A DNA stretch of 64,000 nt. It comes from Rhina ancylostomus (taxonomy: Eukaryota). A program made the position numbers and the translations under genes. Below the pieces are notes generated by a model. The model saw nothing but the letters and a program-made list of their open reading frames with translations, made no database searches and was not told the origin of the DNA. Shown here piece after piece: positions 1 to 13,821 of this stretch (the first letter of the stretch is position 1; each line of letters begins with the position of its first letter). Location: positions 25,840,865-25,904,864 of the forward strand of contig JARFYF010000050.1 of assembly GCA_030265395.1 (NCBI GenBank), given 5' to 3'.

Positions 1-1039
1 AGCATGGAATCCATGTGCTGTACAACAAGGCATCAAAGGAGCCAAATCGAGGGCCAGTACTCAGAATCATGACACCGACATGTTGATGCCCAGGAACTGA
101 TCGCCCTTTCCACTAAATGAAGGCTAAATTAAGTCACATAGGCTGTGGAATATCCAATATAATGACTGAGTGAGGAAAGGAAAGAGGTTCCAGTGAGAAT
201 GGGGCTGAGTTGCAGGGCAGACAATGAACAAAAAGCCTTTTGAATGGAGGAGAGATGTTAAGACAATGTGAGGAAGTTGAAATAGAAAAAGACATCAAAA
301 GAGTGGATGGAAAGACCATAGTGTACTTCAGGCCATTTCCTCATAGTGAGGTTGAGGGGAAGAATGGAAAGTATAACCCATAGAAATAAGGGGAAGGGGA
401 ATGGGACTAAAGGGATTGCTCCTTTGGCAGCAGGCATGGGCCCTGTGGGCTGAATAGCCATCTTCTTTGTCATTATAATCATATGATAGGCAGTGTGATT
501 CAAATTTAATTCAAAGCCAGAATGTCTTTGCACTTGTCCAGAGTGTTGGTAACAGAACGTGAATAAACAGATATCCTGACAGCAAACACAGACTTTTGCA
601 CAGCAGCAAAGTAGTGTGGATGGGGCAGTTGTATGTATGAGAGGGAGAATGGTGAATTTAGCTCCAGACAATATATTGGGTGGAAAAGTCAGCGAGATAG
701 GTGAAAGAGACAATTTCTGTGGAAAGACGGTTGTAATCTGTCCCTTGCTGAATCTTTCAGAGATTGTCGGCAAGACACAGAGCAGATGTGGATTTACCCA
801 GTGAAGATTTAAGCATGGAACAGCAGAAGGAGATTAGGAGGGCAAAGGTACAATGGTAAGTTGAAGGAGCAATCAGTGTTCCCGAGGAGAGAAATGAAAA
901 GCAAAAAGACAGTACAACAGGAAGGGCAGGAGGCAAGAAAAAACATCTGAGCAGAGCCAAAAAAAGAGATAATACTCTCAGGTTCAGAGTAAGAGCCAAA
1001 GTGTACATTTCATTGTTGAATCTTCTTTCCTGTTGCTAT

Positions 1040-1800
1040 ATTCCAGCTCCTATCCCAAACCTCATGTTTTCTATTTATGAAGTGCAGCTGGGGAATTTAA
1101 AGTCAGTTAATTAAATAAATCTGGAATAAAAAAGATACTATCAATATTTGTAAACTATGGAACTTCTGGATTATCATAAAACCCCATCTGGTTCACTAAT
1201 GTGCTTTGGGGAAGGAAATCTGCTGTTCTAACCCCATCTGGCTTACATGCAAATCCAGACATACAGCAATGTGGTTGACTCTTAAATGGCCTTTGAAAAA
1301 GTCGAGCAAACTATTCAGTTGTATCAAACTCTCTATGAGAATCAATAATAGTAATAATTAAAAATGGGCAGTCCACCCAGCATCACCCAATCACCAGTCA
1401 TGATAAAGGTTTACACAGCATTGTTAACCTTGAAAAGTCCTCTGCACTAACATCTATGGTGCTGTGTAAGGGCTGTACATTGCTTGTACCTAAAGTGGTC
1501 CATCACATCCATGCTATATCCAGTCCCACCAGCGGGACAGTACACTGGCACAGAGTTGATCGGGTGTGCACTGGCAGATACTGGTGTTGGCTCCAGGGTT
1601 TCATGAAGTCCCATGCAAGTGAACAGTCAAAGCCCATGTCCAAGAACTGAGAATCGACACACTGCCATATAACATTCTGATGGTATCACCATCCCCAGAT
1701 CCACCATCATCAACACATCGGGGGTCATCACTGAAAAGTAACTTAACCGGAAAAGCCGCAGAAGTACAATGGCTACAAGAGCATGACTTGCTGGATATTT
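1040..1800 (+). mobile_element. Decayed chondrichthyan SINE/CR1-like 5' region
   Basis: Contains GGTTCACTAATGTG...GGAAGGAAATCTGC...CAGCAATGTGGTTGACTCTTAA, a recurring shark/ray repeat motif, followed by degenerate LINE-like sequence. Confidence 0.55.
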
Positions 1801-2384
1801 TCAGAATTTAATTGTTTTAATACATAGTATTAAAAATCTGGGCAAGGTCTGCCTAATTGTCACCCCTTCCCAAGTGACCAGAAAATTATATTCAATATAT
1901 TTGAACATAATATATTCAATATATTAGTAGTACTGAGTTACTAAACCTAGCCCATCATGAGTGTGGGAAACACTCTACCATCCCCTGTACTCATTAAAAG
2001 TAAAGAGCATTTGAGTATGTTCTGTTCAATGTTCCCTCAATATCAATATTAAAAATAATTAGAATTGGCAGTACTGATCTGGGAATCAGTAAGCACACTG
2101 ACCCAGTAGGAATTCCAGCAGTGAAATTAATGGGCATCCAAGTTGCAAACAACACTGCCATTGTTTTGAGAGGATCTGCCACAGAGGAGCAAGACTCAGT
2201 TGATGGATCTTAGCACAGCAACAGCATCCACGTTATTGTAATGGTAGGTAGTTACATCCTGAGGTTAATTAGAAACAACTAGTGAAGGAAAATTTTGGTG
2301 GATTGATGACTGCTCCCAAGCTCTGGGCATTTATTACAGTCAGAGACAACTCAGGCAGTCATTTTAAAATAATAATTGCTACAT

Positions 2385-2495
2385 CTAAAATAATAACAGA
2401 AAATGATGGACACACTCGTCAGATCAGACCACATCTGTGGGAAGAGAAATAGGGCTATCATTTTAGGTCAAAGGCCCTTCAGCAGAACCATCTGA
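2385..2495 (-). mobile_element. Penelope-like terminal repeat fragment with a decayed hammerhead-like core
   Basis: Minus strand reads GTTCTGCTGAAGGGCCTTTGACCTAAAATG...TTTCTCTTCCCACAGATGTGGTCTGATCTG, the same family as 44460-44650 and 53775-53930. Confidence 0.5.
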
Positions 2496-3127
2496 TATTT
2501 CGACCAATTGATCTACCTGTCTTGAGCCAACATGACAGTTAAACAAACAGTGGGAAGAAAGCTTTTAAACCCAAACACCAAGCAGCTGAATTTTTATCTC
2601 TGCCATTTTTGTTTCTGCAAAAACTTTAGTAATTGCTCAATTTTAATTTAGTCTTATTTTAGTCTTTTCACATTTCTCTTGCTAAAAAGCACATTTGCAA
2701 TGTGAATTACAAGTAGCCCATCCTGCGGATATCATCTGAGGTAAGACAAGTCTGGTTGTACGTGTGCGGGCAAGGACACTTCCAGCCTGGATTGTGCATT
2801 TCTTCATTCAGGCACTTTATGAAGGAACCAATGTTTGTCTCTGTATTAATTTGGATTCTGAAACTGTTTGGATGCTGTGTTGATTCTAATCTTCTGTTTG
2901 GCTGGTTGCTGCACCATTAAGAATGGAAATTATGTAAATATGGCATCTTTGGACTGTAATTTTATTTTAAATTTTAGGAAGTCTGTCCCTTGATGATAAA
3001 CCACATTTGTGAGATACTTATCATTTGTTGAAGCATGTTCATGCAAGCAATAGCATTTTGTTTTCCTTGATGATTTGGTAGGTAAATGTTTCACTTGGTT
3101 GTTTCATGAAGATCCAAATGTTAATTG

Positions 3128-3240
3128 AGACACAAGTAACTGCAGATGCCGGAACCTGGAGCAAAAAACAAACTGTTGGAGGAACCCAGGCGGTCAGATA
3201 GCATACATTGAGGGAAATGGACAGTCGATGTTTCAGGTAT
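3128..3240 (-). mobile_element. Penelope-like terminal repeat fragment
   Basis: GACACAAGTAACTGCAGATGCCGGAA...GAGGGAAATGGACAGTCGATGTTTCAGGT is the reverse complement of the motif at 53255-53330. Confidence 0.6.
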
Positions 3241-6200
3241 CCAAATATTAGTTCTTGGTCTGTGTTAGCTGATCTCAGTCAGAGCACCAACCAAATCAAA
3301 ACAATTAATATCACCATCCTTCAACCTGGGAGGGGGAAGAAATAATGAACATTTCCAACTCCAAACTTTCATTGAGTAATTCCACAAAGTGGCCAGAATC
3401 AGAATCAACTTTTTTGTTTTTTTTGAGGCAAGAATGGTTCCCTGGAAGTGGATTATTGCTGAGCGTAGAAGAATGATGGTTTCATTATTGGACGCATCCA
3501 GAGACCTAGACGATTGGTATCATCATTGCAATTGGATCACTTTCTCAATCACTGATAACTTCAGTTAGAATAATTATTCTAGTGCAAGCATATGGCCATT
3601 CTGTTGCTAGTTTACCTAAATACCAATTATTTAATAACCTTTTTTATTTTGAAAAGGTCTGCAGTAGTGTTCCATGCTGAAGAGANNNNNNNNNNNNNNG
3701 TATTGTAAATAAGTGATCTATTTTTGTGCCTCTTTTAAAGATTATTTCAGTTTCATGGGTGAGTCACAAATCCACAACCCTTTAAGGGGTTGATTTGAGA
3801 TCTGGATAAGCTTTTCAGTAACATGCATACATAAACAAACAGCAAACTCTCTTTGGTCACTGGCTATAGGAATAGGCTATCATATGCCTTGTAAGATCTT
3901 TTGTCAGTCATCACAAACAATGTACTGCAGTAGGTCTTTTTATCCAAGACCAAAGTTATATTATGAATGGTTTTCAAATAATCTAGTAAATGGTCCAATA
4001 ACCAAGTAGTTGTATAATCAAATGTCTTGTTCTGTTGTAGAACAATCAGTGAATTTTAAATTATATTACAATATCCAAATGTATTTGAAAAAATATCTTT
4101 TGTCTCTATCTCAAACTTTAGTTAAAGACATCAACAGTATATCTGCCATCAATGTATTAGGACAAACCTGATTTAAAGTCTTGATTCCGCCCGCTGGTCA
4201 AACCTGCCCAGAATAACCAAGTTTTAAAGAGACAGTCACTAAGTTAACATGTAGGTAGACAAATTATGTTACTTTGGCAATATTCAATCTGCAATGTTAC
4301 TTTGTTTCACACTCTAAGTACATTAAAATGTTCTTTAGTAAAATATACCCCTGTTTTGGTCAGGTGTTGAACCATATTGTGTATAATTGAAAATTATAAT
4401 TTTTGTTGTAACTGGAATCATGGCACATTAACTAATAAATGTATTTACCTTGGATCCATTAAAGAGGTAAGTACTGAGAGCACTAAACTTGCTGAACAAA
4501 GCAAGTAACTACACAAAGCATGCACCTATGATATTCCTGTTACCTCATTATCTGAATATAGCTTAGTTCTGGACACTTAACTGCATGAACTATGAATCAT
4601 AGTCATTCTAACCTGGCCAGCTAGAGCTTAAGAGACAAATTCCATTGCGTCACTCAGGGCTGAAGATCCCAGAGACTACTAAATGTCAACCAACTGTACC
4701 ACCCTGTTTGTCCTTCCCTACAAATAACATTGACATTTGGGAAAAACCTTGGGTATAAACAACAGTTAAAAAATACCATTGCCAAGTAGTTTTGCAGTCA
4801 CGCCCTTGCTATAAAAACTAATCTGTTAATTATTTATTTGGCTTCCAGACACAAGCCTGTGAAAACACGCTTACCTCTAAAACCACTCCTAAATTGTCCT
4901 TATAGTGGTAATTCAGTAAGTTTCAACATACTTTTATTTGTTTTCTATCCTTAACCCTTGGTATCCTAATAAGGTAGTAATTCAGTATCAGTAAAAGAAA
5001 AGTTAGATTTTAATCACTGCACTTGTTTTATTCCAAAATACCAGGAATTAAGAAAAAATCTTTGGTTCAAATCAGTTCTCCAGTTTTACTTTGACAACAT
5101 TTTAACCTTAGGAATTAACAGTCTTCTTAAAACAGACAAATGACTTTATACTTAACAACTGAAAATTTATTTGAAGATTTAAAAGTGTAAGTATGCATAT
5201 AAAAATGTCATAAGAAATATTAATGAAATGTTGTTCACCCAAATGATATGAACAGGCTGCTGATCACCCAGAGCAGAAAGACCATATCAGTACCAACAAC
5301 TATTTGGCAACTGATAGCATAGGTCAAAGAACACTCTGTACTGGAAAACAGGCATATTTATCTCAGTGTACACTGTACTAAACCCTAAGCAGTGTAAAAC
5401 AAACATTTATAGTAAGAAGTCTTTAGAGTTTCATTATCTTAAGTACTCAAAGATTTAATTGAGGCTATCTTTGCATATATGATTATTTACATTGGAGAGT
5501 TCATTGTTGCAGGGAGCTAAGTTAATACACTCCATATTTTCACATAAATATAATTCATCTCCAGTCTCCAAGGTGTTAAACATTTTTCTGCACAGTTGTT
5601 TACTTTGAAAATTAGTTCTAATAATGAAACTCTCTGGGTTTCAAATAGAATTGCTTCTGTTCATGCATCAATACAAAAATAAAATGCACAGGGTTTGTTC
5701 TAACTTGGTCATAAATCTGACTTTTAGCTCCAGGAAAACATAATTCTACCTGCAAGTGAGCAGGAGCATTTCACATCATTAAACTTTTTTAGTCAGGGGA
5801 AAGAGTGCACACCATAATCAGGCAAACTATTAAGTCAATCAGTCCCAACAATCAAACTTCTGGGAACAGGTCAGAGGCTCTTATGGAGTAATTGAGAGAT
5901 TCAGCATGGAAACAGGGTCTTTGGCCCAATGAGTCTGCACTGACTGTTAACTATCTGTTTCAGTTTGTTAAACCCCAGCACCTTCTCAGCAGATTCCTTA
6001 ATCCCCTCCCTCTACTGAAGTCCATTCAAACACACCTTGACACTATTTATATTGGCATTCTCCAAAGAAACCCCCAGCACTACTAATTTTTGGATAAACA
6101 TGCTCCATCGGATTTTGTCATTTGTGTTTCAACATGTGGCTATGCCTTGCCATATTTTGAGTGCTGTAAATGAAGAATGTGTTGGCATCAGACTGACATA

Positions 6201-6794
6201 GCCAAGAGAATGTCTCACAGGCATTAAGCAGGTAATTCTAAACCAACTCTTTGTGGATTGAGTGGGGAGGTAAAGTTTTATGTTTTTTTTTGTGCACTGA
6301 TTCATTTCAGGTGAGCATGTAAAATGGGTATCTCACCTAGACCAGTATTTTCCCACAGTACAGGCTGAGTGCAAGTTATCTCCTGGGAGTGGAGCATTAT
6401 TGCTTCATATCACATAACTCTCTCTTTCCAGATTAATGATGTTACATAACCTCCAAAGTACATTAGTGGTTTTTGAACCAGCAATCTCAGTGCACCATGA
6501 ATTGGCAGACATTTCTATCGGTAAATATCACCACCACTTAATATTATTCACAAACTTCCCACTGAAAAGCTTTTGAATGACTTCAGGGGTAAACCAACTT
6601 ATAATTGTTAAAGATATGGATCAATTCATTCTGATAGAGGGAGGCCTCTATATTATTCAATTGCTTTTAAATTATGATATTGATAACTGGAATATCAGGT
6701 ATGGTTTTCTGCAATTTTGAAAAGTGTCGTTCTTGTTGGATCTATTTTTTATTAAATCTGAAATTGGTGCAGNNNNNNNNNNGTCAATTATGTA

Positions 6795-8406
6795 CCACTT
6801 TTAGGTGAAATATACAGCAAAAGGGTAACCAAGGAGAGAATAGGGTCCCTTAAGGATCAATGTGGCCAGCTATGTGCGGAGCCACAGGAGATGAGCGAGG
6901 TCTTAAATGAATATTTTTCATCTTCATTTACTGTGAAGGTCATGGGAGTTGGGGAATTCAGGGAAGAGGATAATGATGTCTTGGAACATATCCACGTTAT
7001 AAAAGAGGAGCTGCTGGTGGTCTTAAAGTGCATAAAGGTGGCCTGCACAAGTGTATCCTAGGACATTGTGGGGAAGAAATTGTTGGGGCCCTGGCAGAGA
7101 TATTAGTATCATCATTAGCCATGGATGAGGTACCGGAAGACTGGAGGGTGACTAATGTTGTGCCTTTATTTAAGAAAGGCTGCAAGGACAAGCCAGGAAT
7201 CAACAGGCCAGTGAGCCAAACATCAGAAGTGGGAAAGCTACTGGAGGGGATTCTGAGAGAGATGATCTACCTGCATCTGGAAAGGCATGGGCTGTTTAGG
7301 GATAGTTCGCATGGCTTTGTGTGTGGGATTAAGTTTTTTGAAGAGGTGACCAAGAGAACTGATGAGGGCAGAGCGGTAGACATTGCCTAAGGCCTTGCTA
7401 AAATCCACATCGACAAGGTCCTCCATGTGGGCTGGCCTGGAAGGTTAGATTACATGGAATCCAGGGTGAACTAGCCAATGGATACAAAGTTGGCTTAATG
7501 AAAGGAGTCAGGGGTGGTAGTGGAAGGTAGTTTATCATATATATTAATAACTTAGATGAGAATGTACTTAGCATAGTTAGGATGACACCAAAATTGATGG
7601 TTTAGCAGACAATGAAGGTTATCTAAGATTATAATAGGAGCTAGATCAACTGGGAAAGTGGACCACGGTATTAAACTCGGACAATTGCAAAGAGTTGCAT
7701 TTTGATAAGTTAAGCCAGGGTAGCACTTACACAGGGAATGGCACAGCACTGGAGAATGTTGTAGAACAGAGAAAACTGGGGGTACAAGTACATAATTCCC
7801 TAAGTGTGGTGACACAGGTAGACAGGTGGTGAGGAAGGGGTTTGCCACACTTACCTTTAGGAAATTGAATATAAAAATTGGGACTTTGTGTTACAACTGC
7901 ACAAAACATTGGTGAGACTGCACTTGGGAGTATTGTATGCAATTCTGGTTGCCTTGCAATAGAAAGGATGTCACTAATCTGGAAAGGTTGCAGAAAAGAT
8001 TCACATAAATGGTCCTGGGACTGGAGGGCTTGAGTTATAAGAGGAGACTGGACAGGCTGGGGCTTGTTTTCCTGAAGCATAGGAGGCTGAGGGGTGATGA
8101 AACAGAGGTATATAAAATCTTAAGGTGAATGGTCACAGTCTTTTTCCCGGGGTAGGGGCGTCTAAAACTATAGGGACTCGAGGGCCAACTGTTTCACAAA
8201 GAGGTTATGGGTATGTGGAATGAACTGCCAGTGGAAGTTGTAGACATGGGTACAATTTGAATGTTTAAAAGACATTTGGACAAGGACATGGATTGGGAAG
8301 GTTTATAGGGATATGAGCCAAACACAGGGAAATGGGACTAGCTGAGGTAGGCATGGACGAGTAGGGTCAAAGTGCCTGTTTCCATGCTGTATAACTCCAT
8401 GACTCT
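6795..8406 (+). mobile_element. CR1-type LINE, 5'-truncated ORF2 (reverse transcriptase) remnant with 3' tail
   Basis: ORF 7028-7390 encodes VPEDWRVTNVVPLFKKG-K-KPG-NRPVS-TSEVGKLLEGILR...SHGFV, typical of CR1 RT. Has frameshifts and stops, and the GVPQG segment is deleted near 7530. Tail CCTGTTTCCATGCTGTATAACTCCATGACTCT. Confidence 0.92.
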
Positions 8407-8469
8407 AATTACATACATATTAAGGCTGTGAATAAATATTTCATTTACAGAAAACTAAAAGACCATCAG

Positions 8470-10668
8470 TTTGGTAAAATATATTTTATTTGTTTCTTCA
8501 TAACAAGAAACAGAATGCTTTATTTTCAAATTCCTAGAAAGAAACATTTTTATCTGTGTAAAATTAATTTTCTGTTGTACATACCACAAAATACTTGATT
8601 TACATTTTTTTTACACTTTAACTATTCTAAAGTACAATATTATCAGAAGAAATTTGCTAATATACGTACTTTTGAATGCAAGCTGAATAAAACTCAGCCA
8701 CATACTTATTATTACAAACTGATAGCTAACCACCATGTCAAGGTACAAATTTACCTTTCGGAAGACAATGGATTGGATACACCGTGATCTTATGCATTGG
8801 GCTGAACTTAGCAGATGTATAATTTATTTCAATGGCAAAACAGTAATGTAAAGCATTTTGTTGCAGCCTCAGTGCATTCAGCATGTTATAGATAGCTTCC
8901 ATTTTGTATAGGAACAGTTTTTGTCACTGAATGATGGCACCTTGGGAGGAAATTTTCTAATCTTAAAAGCAATAGTGACTTTATAAAGAACAAAAAGACC
9001 TGAATCCAGGGGTTAAAATCAGTTAACATACAAAATGAGAATCCTAACAAAAATCCAAATAAAAAATAGATAGGAAAATTATGTTTTGTTCATTAGCAAA
9101 ATTTCTAGCTAACCTTAATAGATCAGCATGGATGAAGACTAAATAATAGACATCTGGTAAGAGGCTCACATCTTTTTTTAAATCAGTAAAAGAAACAGGC
9201 AGCATTTTGTCTATAAAACAGAGAAAGAAGTTTGAAGAACATTGTCAGAGATTTCATCATTATGGGCCTTGTGGCTTTCCTGCTGTGGACCTAAACAAAA
9301 CCACAGGATCTAGCAAATGTTTGAAAGCAGCCAGCACCCAAGTAACGCAAATAATGTGTTATGCAGGCTTTCCCCTTAGTTTCAATCTTCCTTTTCTGAA
9401 AAGCACAAGCATAATTTGAGCCAAAGTCGACCTTCCCTATTACCAAGCCATTCCATGTTGTCTTGCAATCACCTCCACAAGATTCCTACAGGGGCAAATC
9501 AATACTTGGCTTTGAACAAACTGCTTTATGCAGCAACTGGACACGGTGCAGCTTGAAATGACAGCAGCAGTTCTTCCTCATATTTTATAACTATATTTAC
9601 TCAACATTTACCAATGGGAAGGAACGTTGTCAGTTGCACAACCAGTGCACCCCAGAATTACACCAGGAATGCAGGTAAGATCTGAACTGACAATGAGGAT
9701 GTTGGACATCCCATTTTGAACTATTCAAGGCAATAGCAACCTTCCTGCTGCCACTATATCAAGTGATCACTATCTTCTTGCAACAGAGTTATAACATTAG
9801 GATTAAAGGAGTGAAGAAAAATTTCAGCCTGCAGATCACAAACTAATTGAGAGATTTTAATTATATTTATGTTGAATTATAGTAGGGGAAAAAAATGGAC
9901 TTCTTTCAAAGTTGAGTCCTATTCTGGTGGGAGAAGAACAGTGATTCCAACATATCTGTTAATCCACTTGGGGATTGCTATTTACTCAAACTGCTCAGAT
10001 TGATAGACTTTGTTGTTGTTCATCTAACAGTAAGTCATGCCATAAAAATCAAAAAGAAACATGGAATCTGTGAGCTTAGGGACAGAAGACAAACTAAAGG
10101 ATTTAAGCAACAAGACACTGATAATTATCTGTTCATTACAGGTCTTGGACACTACTGTTGCAACTAGTGATTTAAACAAGGTATGGCAGTGAATTAATTT
10201 ATTGTCTTCCTTCTTGTTGTTGACAGGCAAAGTAGATTTGTTTGTCTGCCATGTGCATTTTCTGCTCTGAGATACACAAACTGACCGCTCATTGCATTCA
10301 TGATGGACTTGTACTGCAGCAGCTCTCTGCATTCAGTCACTGTTCATCAGCAAGGAGTCAAATGTCCAACTGTTAAATCTTATGAACACTGAATACCCGT
10401 AACAAAAAAATGTGCTTTTAGAATATTAAAACTTAATCAATGAAAGACAGCACCATCAATGAGCAATGAAAATAAAAATTGTGGAATGTTAGAAGATATG
10501 GGCTGATCTATATACAGTGTATAATGTGGTTAGGCAGCTTAGTGAATTAATTGCTTAAGAATTAAAAATAAATTATTATAAAATAGATTTCTGTACAAGT
10601 TACATATATATATATAATATAACAATAAATTCACATGTCTCTATAGTCGTTATGAAGTTAAATTGACC
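8470..10668 (-). other. HS3ST3B1: Probable HS3ST3B1 3' UTR, with AATAAA signals near 8490 and 8524
   Basis: AU-rich stretch with no obvious repeats after the stop. Plus-strand TTTATT at 8485-8490 and about 8519-8524 reads AATAAA on the minus strand. The end point is inferred; no transcript data. Confidence 0.5.
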
Positions 10669-11287
10669 TTAGTCACAGCCAAAGTTCTGTCCCGTCATTT
10701 GGTAAAATTTCATGTTGAAAGGCCTATAGAAGTCTCTCAGTCTCTGAACCACCTCCGGGTCAATGTTAGGATGGGTTCTGCCTTTTGTTTTGCCCAGACA
10801 ATGGGGCTTGCTGCTTCCCTCTGGCTTCTTCAAGCAAGGAAAGCCCTTGGTCTGGTTAAAGTAAAAATGTTTGTCTGTGATGATTCTCTTCAGACCCAGA
10901 AAGTCTTGCACCCTGCTTAGTTCTCCTGCTGGGTCACTGATCAGCCTCTCTCCACTCACAAACAGGATCTGACGCATTGGGAAGTACTGCAGCCAATTCT
11001 CCAGGTGCTTGGCATAGATGCCAATTTGAATAGCACTCCATGAAGTGTCAATCAGGCCTGTAGTCCTGTTTTTGAAAGTCAAGCTCTCAAAAGTGGGGAT
11101 ATCGGGCTTTTTTGAGAGAGTTTGTGTGTAGTCAGAGATTGCCCGAGTGACAGGATCCCGAACCACCACTATTAGTTTGGTATCCTTGGACATTGCATAG
11201 ATTCGAGCAGCTGCTTCCTTAGTGACAAAGTAACTGGGAGTTTTCTCCATGGTGATTTGACCGTCCAGTGTCTTAGGCATCAGGTCC
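10669..11287 (-). CDS. HS3ST3B1: HS3ST3B1 coding exon 2 (sulfotransferase domain to stop)
   Basis: Acceptor TTTTTTTTAG|G GAC CTG ATG restores [23 protein letters not shown]. Contains [11 protein letters not shown] (3'-PAPS-binding) and GFPCLKK...[11 protein letters not shown]. Ends in TAA at 10671-10669. Joined CDS is 1158 nt = 385 aa + stop. Confidence 0.97.
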
Positions 11288-13014
11288 CTAAAAAAAACAT
11301 ATTTTAGTGAAAGGTTTAATGAATCAGATTAACAGTGGATTGTTATTAAAATTCACAAAAATAAGGCAGATGCACTCATATAGAATAGAAATAATGCTAC
11401 ATGTACACCTGAACAGATAGTCTGTAATAGATAGTCATCTGAATGAAAACAGAACTTTTTAGCCCCAGAAGTGATACTTGCTGGGCTTTTTTTCCCAACA
11501 GGACCAAAATAACTCAAGAAGAATACTTTCTGAATAAGTACAAGTTTCTGCTGGAGAGAGGGAACTGGGAGATGGGCTATTTTATAACAATGGTGCTGTT
11601 ACGTATAACATCCCAAATCCAGAAATCACTAATACTATTTGGTAAATCTGATTTTAAAAAATAACTACTCCTGATACTTCTCGAGCCAATTTCAACAAAG
11701 CTCTTGATTCTGAAACTGCCTCACCTACTCAAAGACACAAGTACTTGCTAATGCCATCTGGTTACTAAAATTCATATCCACTGCAATAGTTCAACAAAAA
11801 AATCTAAATCAAAATAATAATTCCTGAAATTGTTCTGTATGTTCTTATTGCAATATATTCCTTTGCTATCCAGAATAAAACATTCAAATTCTCTGGTATA
11901 CTTCTGTCGACAATGGATTTTTTTCAAAAGGGTCCTGTCCTACCATCACTATTAGAAATATATTCTCTGAATATTGTCTTTACCAAATTTCACACAAACA
12001 CTGGCCAGCCATTGAGGTATTTTGATTCTAACAGAATAAATTTTTCTTCAATAATTGTAAAATAAACAAAACATTATAAAATGGTGGAAAGTTGTACTAT
12101 ACAGAGCAAGAGTCCAAAGAAGAAATTCATTTTAAGTTTTTGGATTTGTAGCTGCATGCTGTACTGTTTTATTCCCTATAGTTCCAGCAAGTCAATAATA
12201 ACAAATATTATAAGTGAAATACAATGCCAGACATTTCAAGGGCATTTAGGGCTGGGCCAACAGTTAGCCTTGCCAGCAATGCTCAATCCCACAAATAAAA
12301 AAAAAGTTGGGAATCACACATTGGATGATATAATTCCAAAGCAAACTTAAAGAAGATTTCTTTTGAAAAAGACAGCAGCTTTTCTACTAATACTTGTAAA
12401 GACCTGCCTTAGCCTAAGAACAGATTGGCCTACTTAGTTTATTAAGTACTGTACTTGGAGCCTTTCCATATTAAGACCCAAAGTTTTGGAGAAATAAAAT
12501 GCAAAGTTCAAGGTGCAACATAAAGTGAGCAAAAAACCTAGGATCCTTACATATCAGAGAAAGGAAATAAGATGGTCGTGAAGTATTAATAGCAGATGGC
12601 CATTTCATAATCCAAATCCCCAGGTCCAATGTCTTTACTGGAGGTTTTGTCTCCACAGAGGGAATCTGTGCTAATACGTTAGTTTCTCAGAGGGACATTC
12701 ACTGACTACCATGAACAAGGGGGTAGAGGATTTGTGAATGATTGATTTTAAATATTTTCAAGTGTAACATATTCTCTGCCATGACAGGAATCTGGCAAAC
12801 CTTCGACATGCATGTTATGGGTAGAAACTCATTGCCTTCCTCAGCATAAAGAAACATCTAACTAGTGACCAAGTTTAAAGAAACTGCCGAGCTTCACTAA
12901 TTGTTTTATTCCCAGGAACAAAGCTGGAAAGAAGCAGTGGGAGTTCAGTGTGCTCATATCCACCAGTCTATCATATTTTGTGTCCTCAGAACTTTCAGTA
13001 TGTAAAAAAAGGGA

Positions 13015-13185
13015 AGCTCTTCCTTTTATAAAGTTCTTTTCATGACCTTTGGATCTCCCAAAGTGCTACAGTTAATGAAGTACTTTTGAAGTGCAGTCAC
13101 TCTTATAGGAATTAGAACAGTCAATGTGCACCAGGCTCTCAGATATGGCACTGTGATAATGACCAGATAATCTGCTTTTCAAATG
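13015..13185 (-). mobile_element. DeuSINE/SacSINE-like fragment
   Basis: CCCAAAGTGCTACAG...AATGAAGTACTTTTGAAGTGCAGTCACT...GTGATAATGACCAGATAATCTG matches the antisense strand of this family as I recall it. Confidence 0.6.
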
Positions 13186-13821
13186 CAACTCTTGACAGAG
13201 AAAACCTCTAATACACCCTTAACAAAGATAACAGAATGTATAAAGCAAATCAGTTAGCAGAATGTTCTATGGATATTATTTCAATGATCTGCAGATAAAA
13301 ATTAGCAAACCTTTGAAATATGATCCACTTAATTCGGTAATTCTATCTGAAATATACTAGATGTTGTCCACAGTTTAAATTGATAGAAATATACTGTAGA
13401 AAAAAAAGCTATTTATTGTTTTGAGTTTTGGTTAAAACGTTGTCGACTACGATGGGTGTCTGGTGGTTGGCATGGATGCGGTGGGCTGAAGAGCCTGTTT
13501 CTATGCTGTGTTTTAATGTCTCATACCAACAGAAGTAGAAAATCAATGAGAAATGGTCATGGGGTGGTGTAGGAGTGCTATATGGTCATTGTGCAGTGTG
13601 TTGACAACCATTTTGGTCATGGGTCCATCATTGCAAACTTCTGTAGCTGTCAAGGGCCAAGGTTTCAGTCACGGCTAAATGGACATTGCATTTCTTCCAG
13701 AGAAGTTCAATGGGAACTGTGCCATCCAGAACTCAGTCAGGCTCTGACAGTTGGTGGGGCAAAACAGCTGGCAAGTAGAAACTCAGTCAGGGCCTCAGGT
13801 AGGTTGGTGACCATGGCCAAG

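Noticed and set aside
6795-8406. Active or domesticated reverse transcriptase gene
   Set aside because: Multiple frameshifts and stops, and part of the RT core is deleted.
10663-10920. Plus-strand 85 aa ORF
   Set aside because: Antisense shadow of HS3ST3B1 exon 2.
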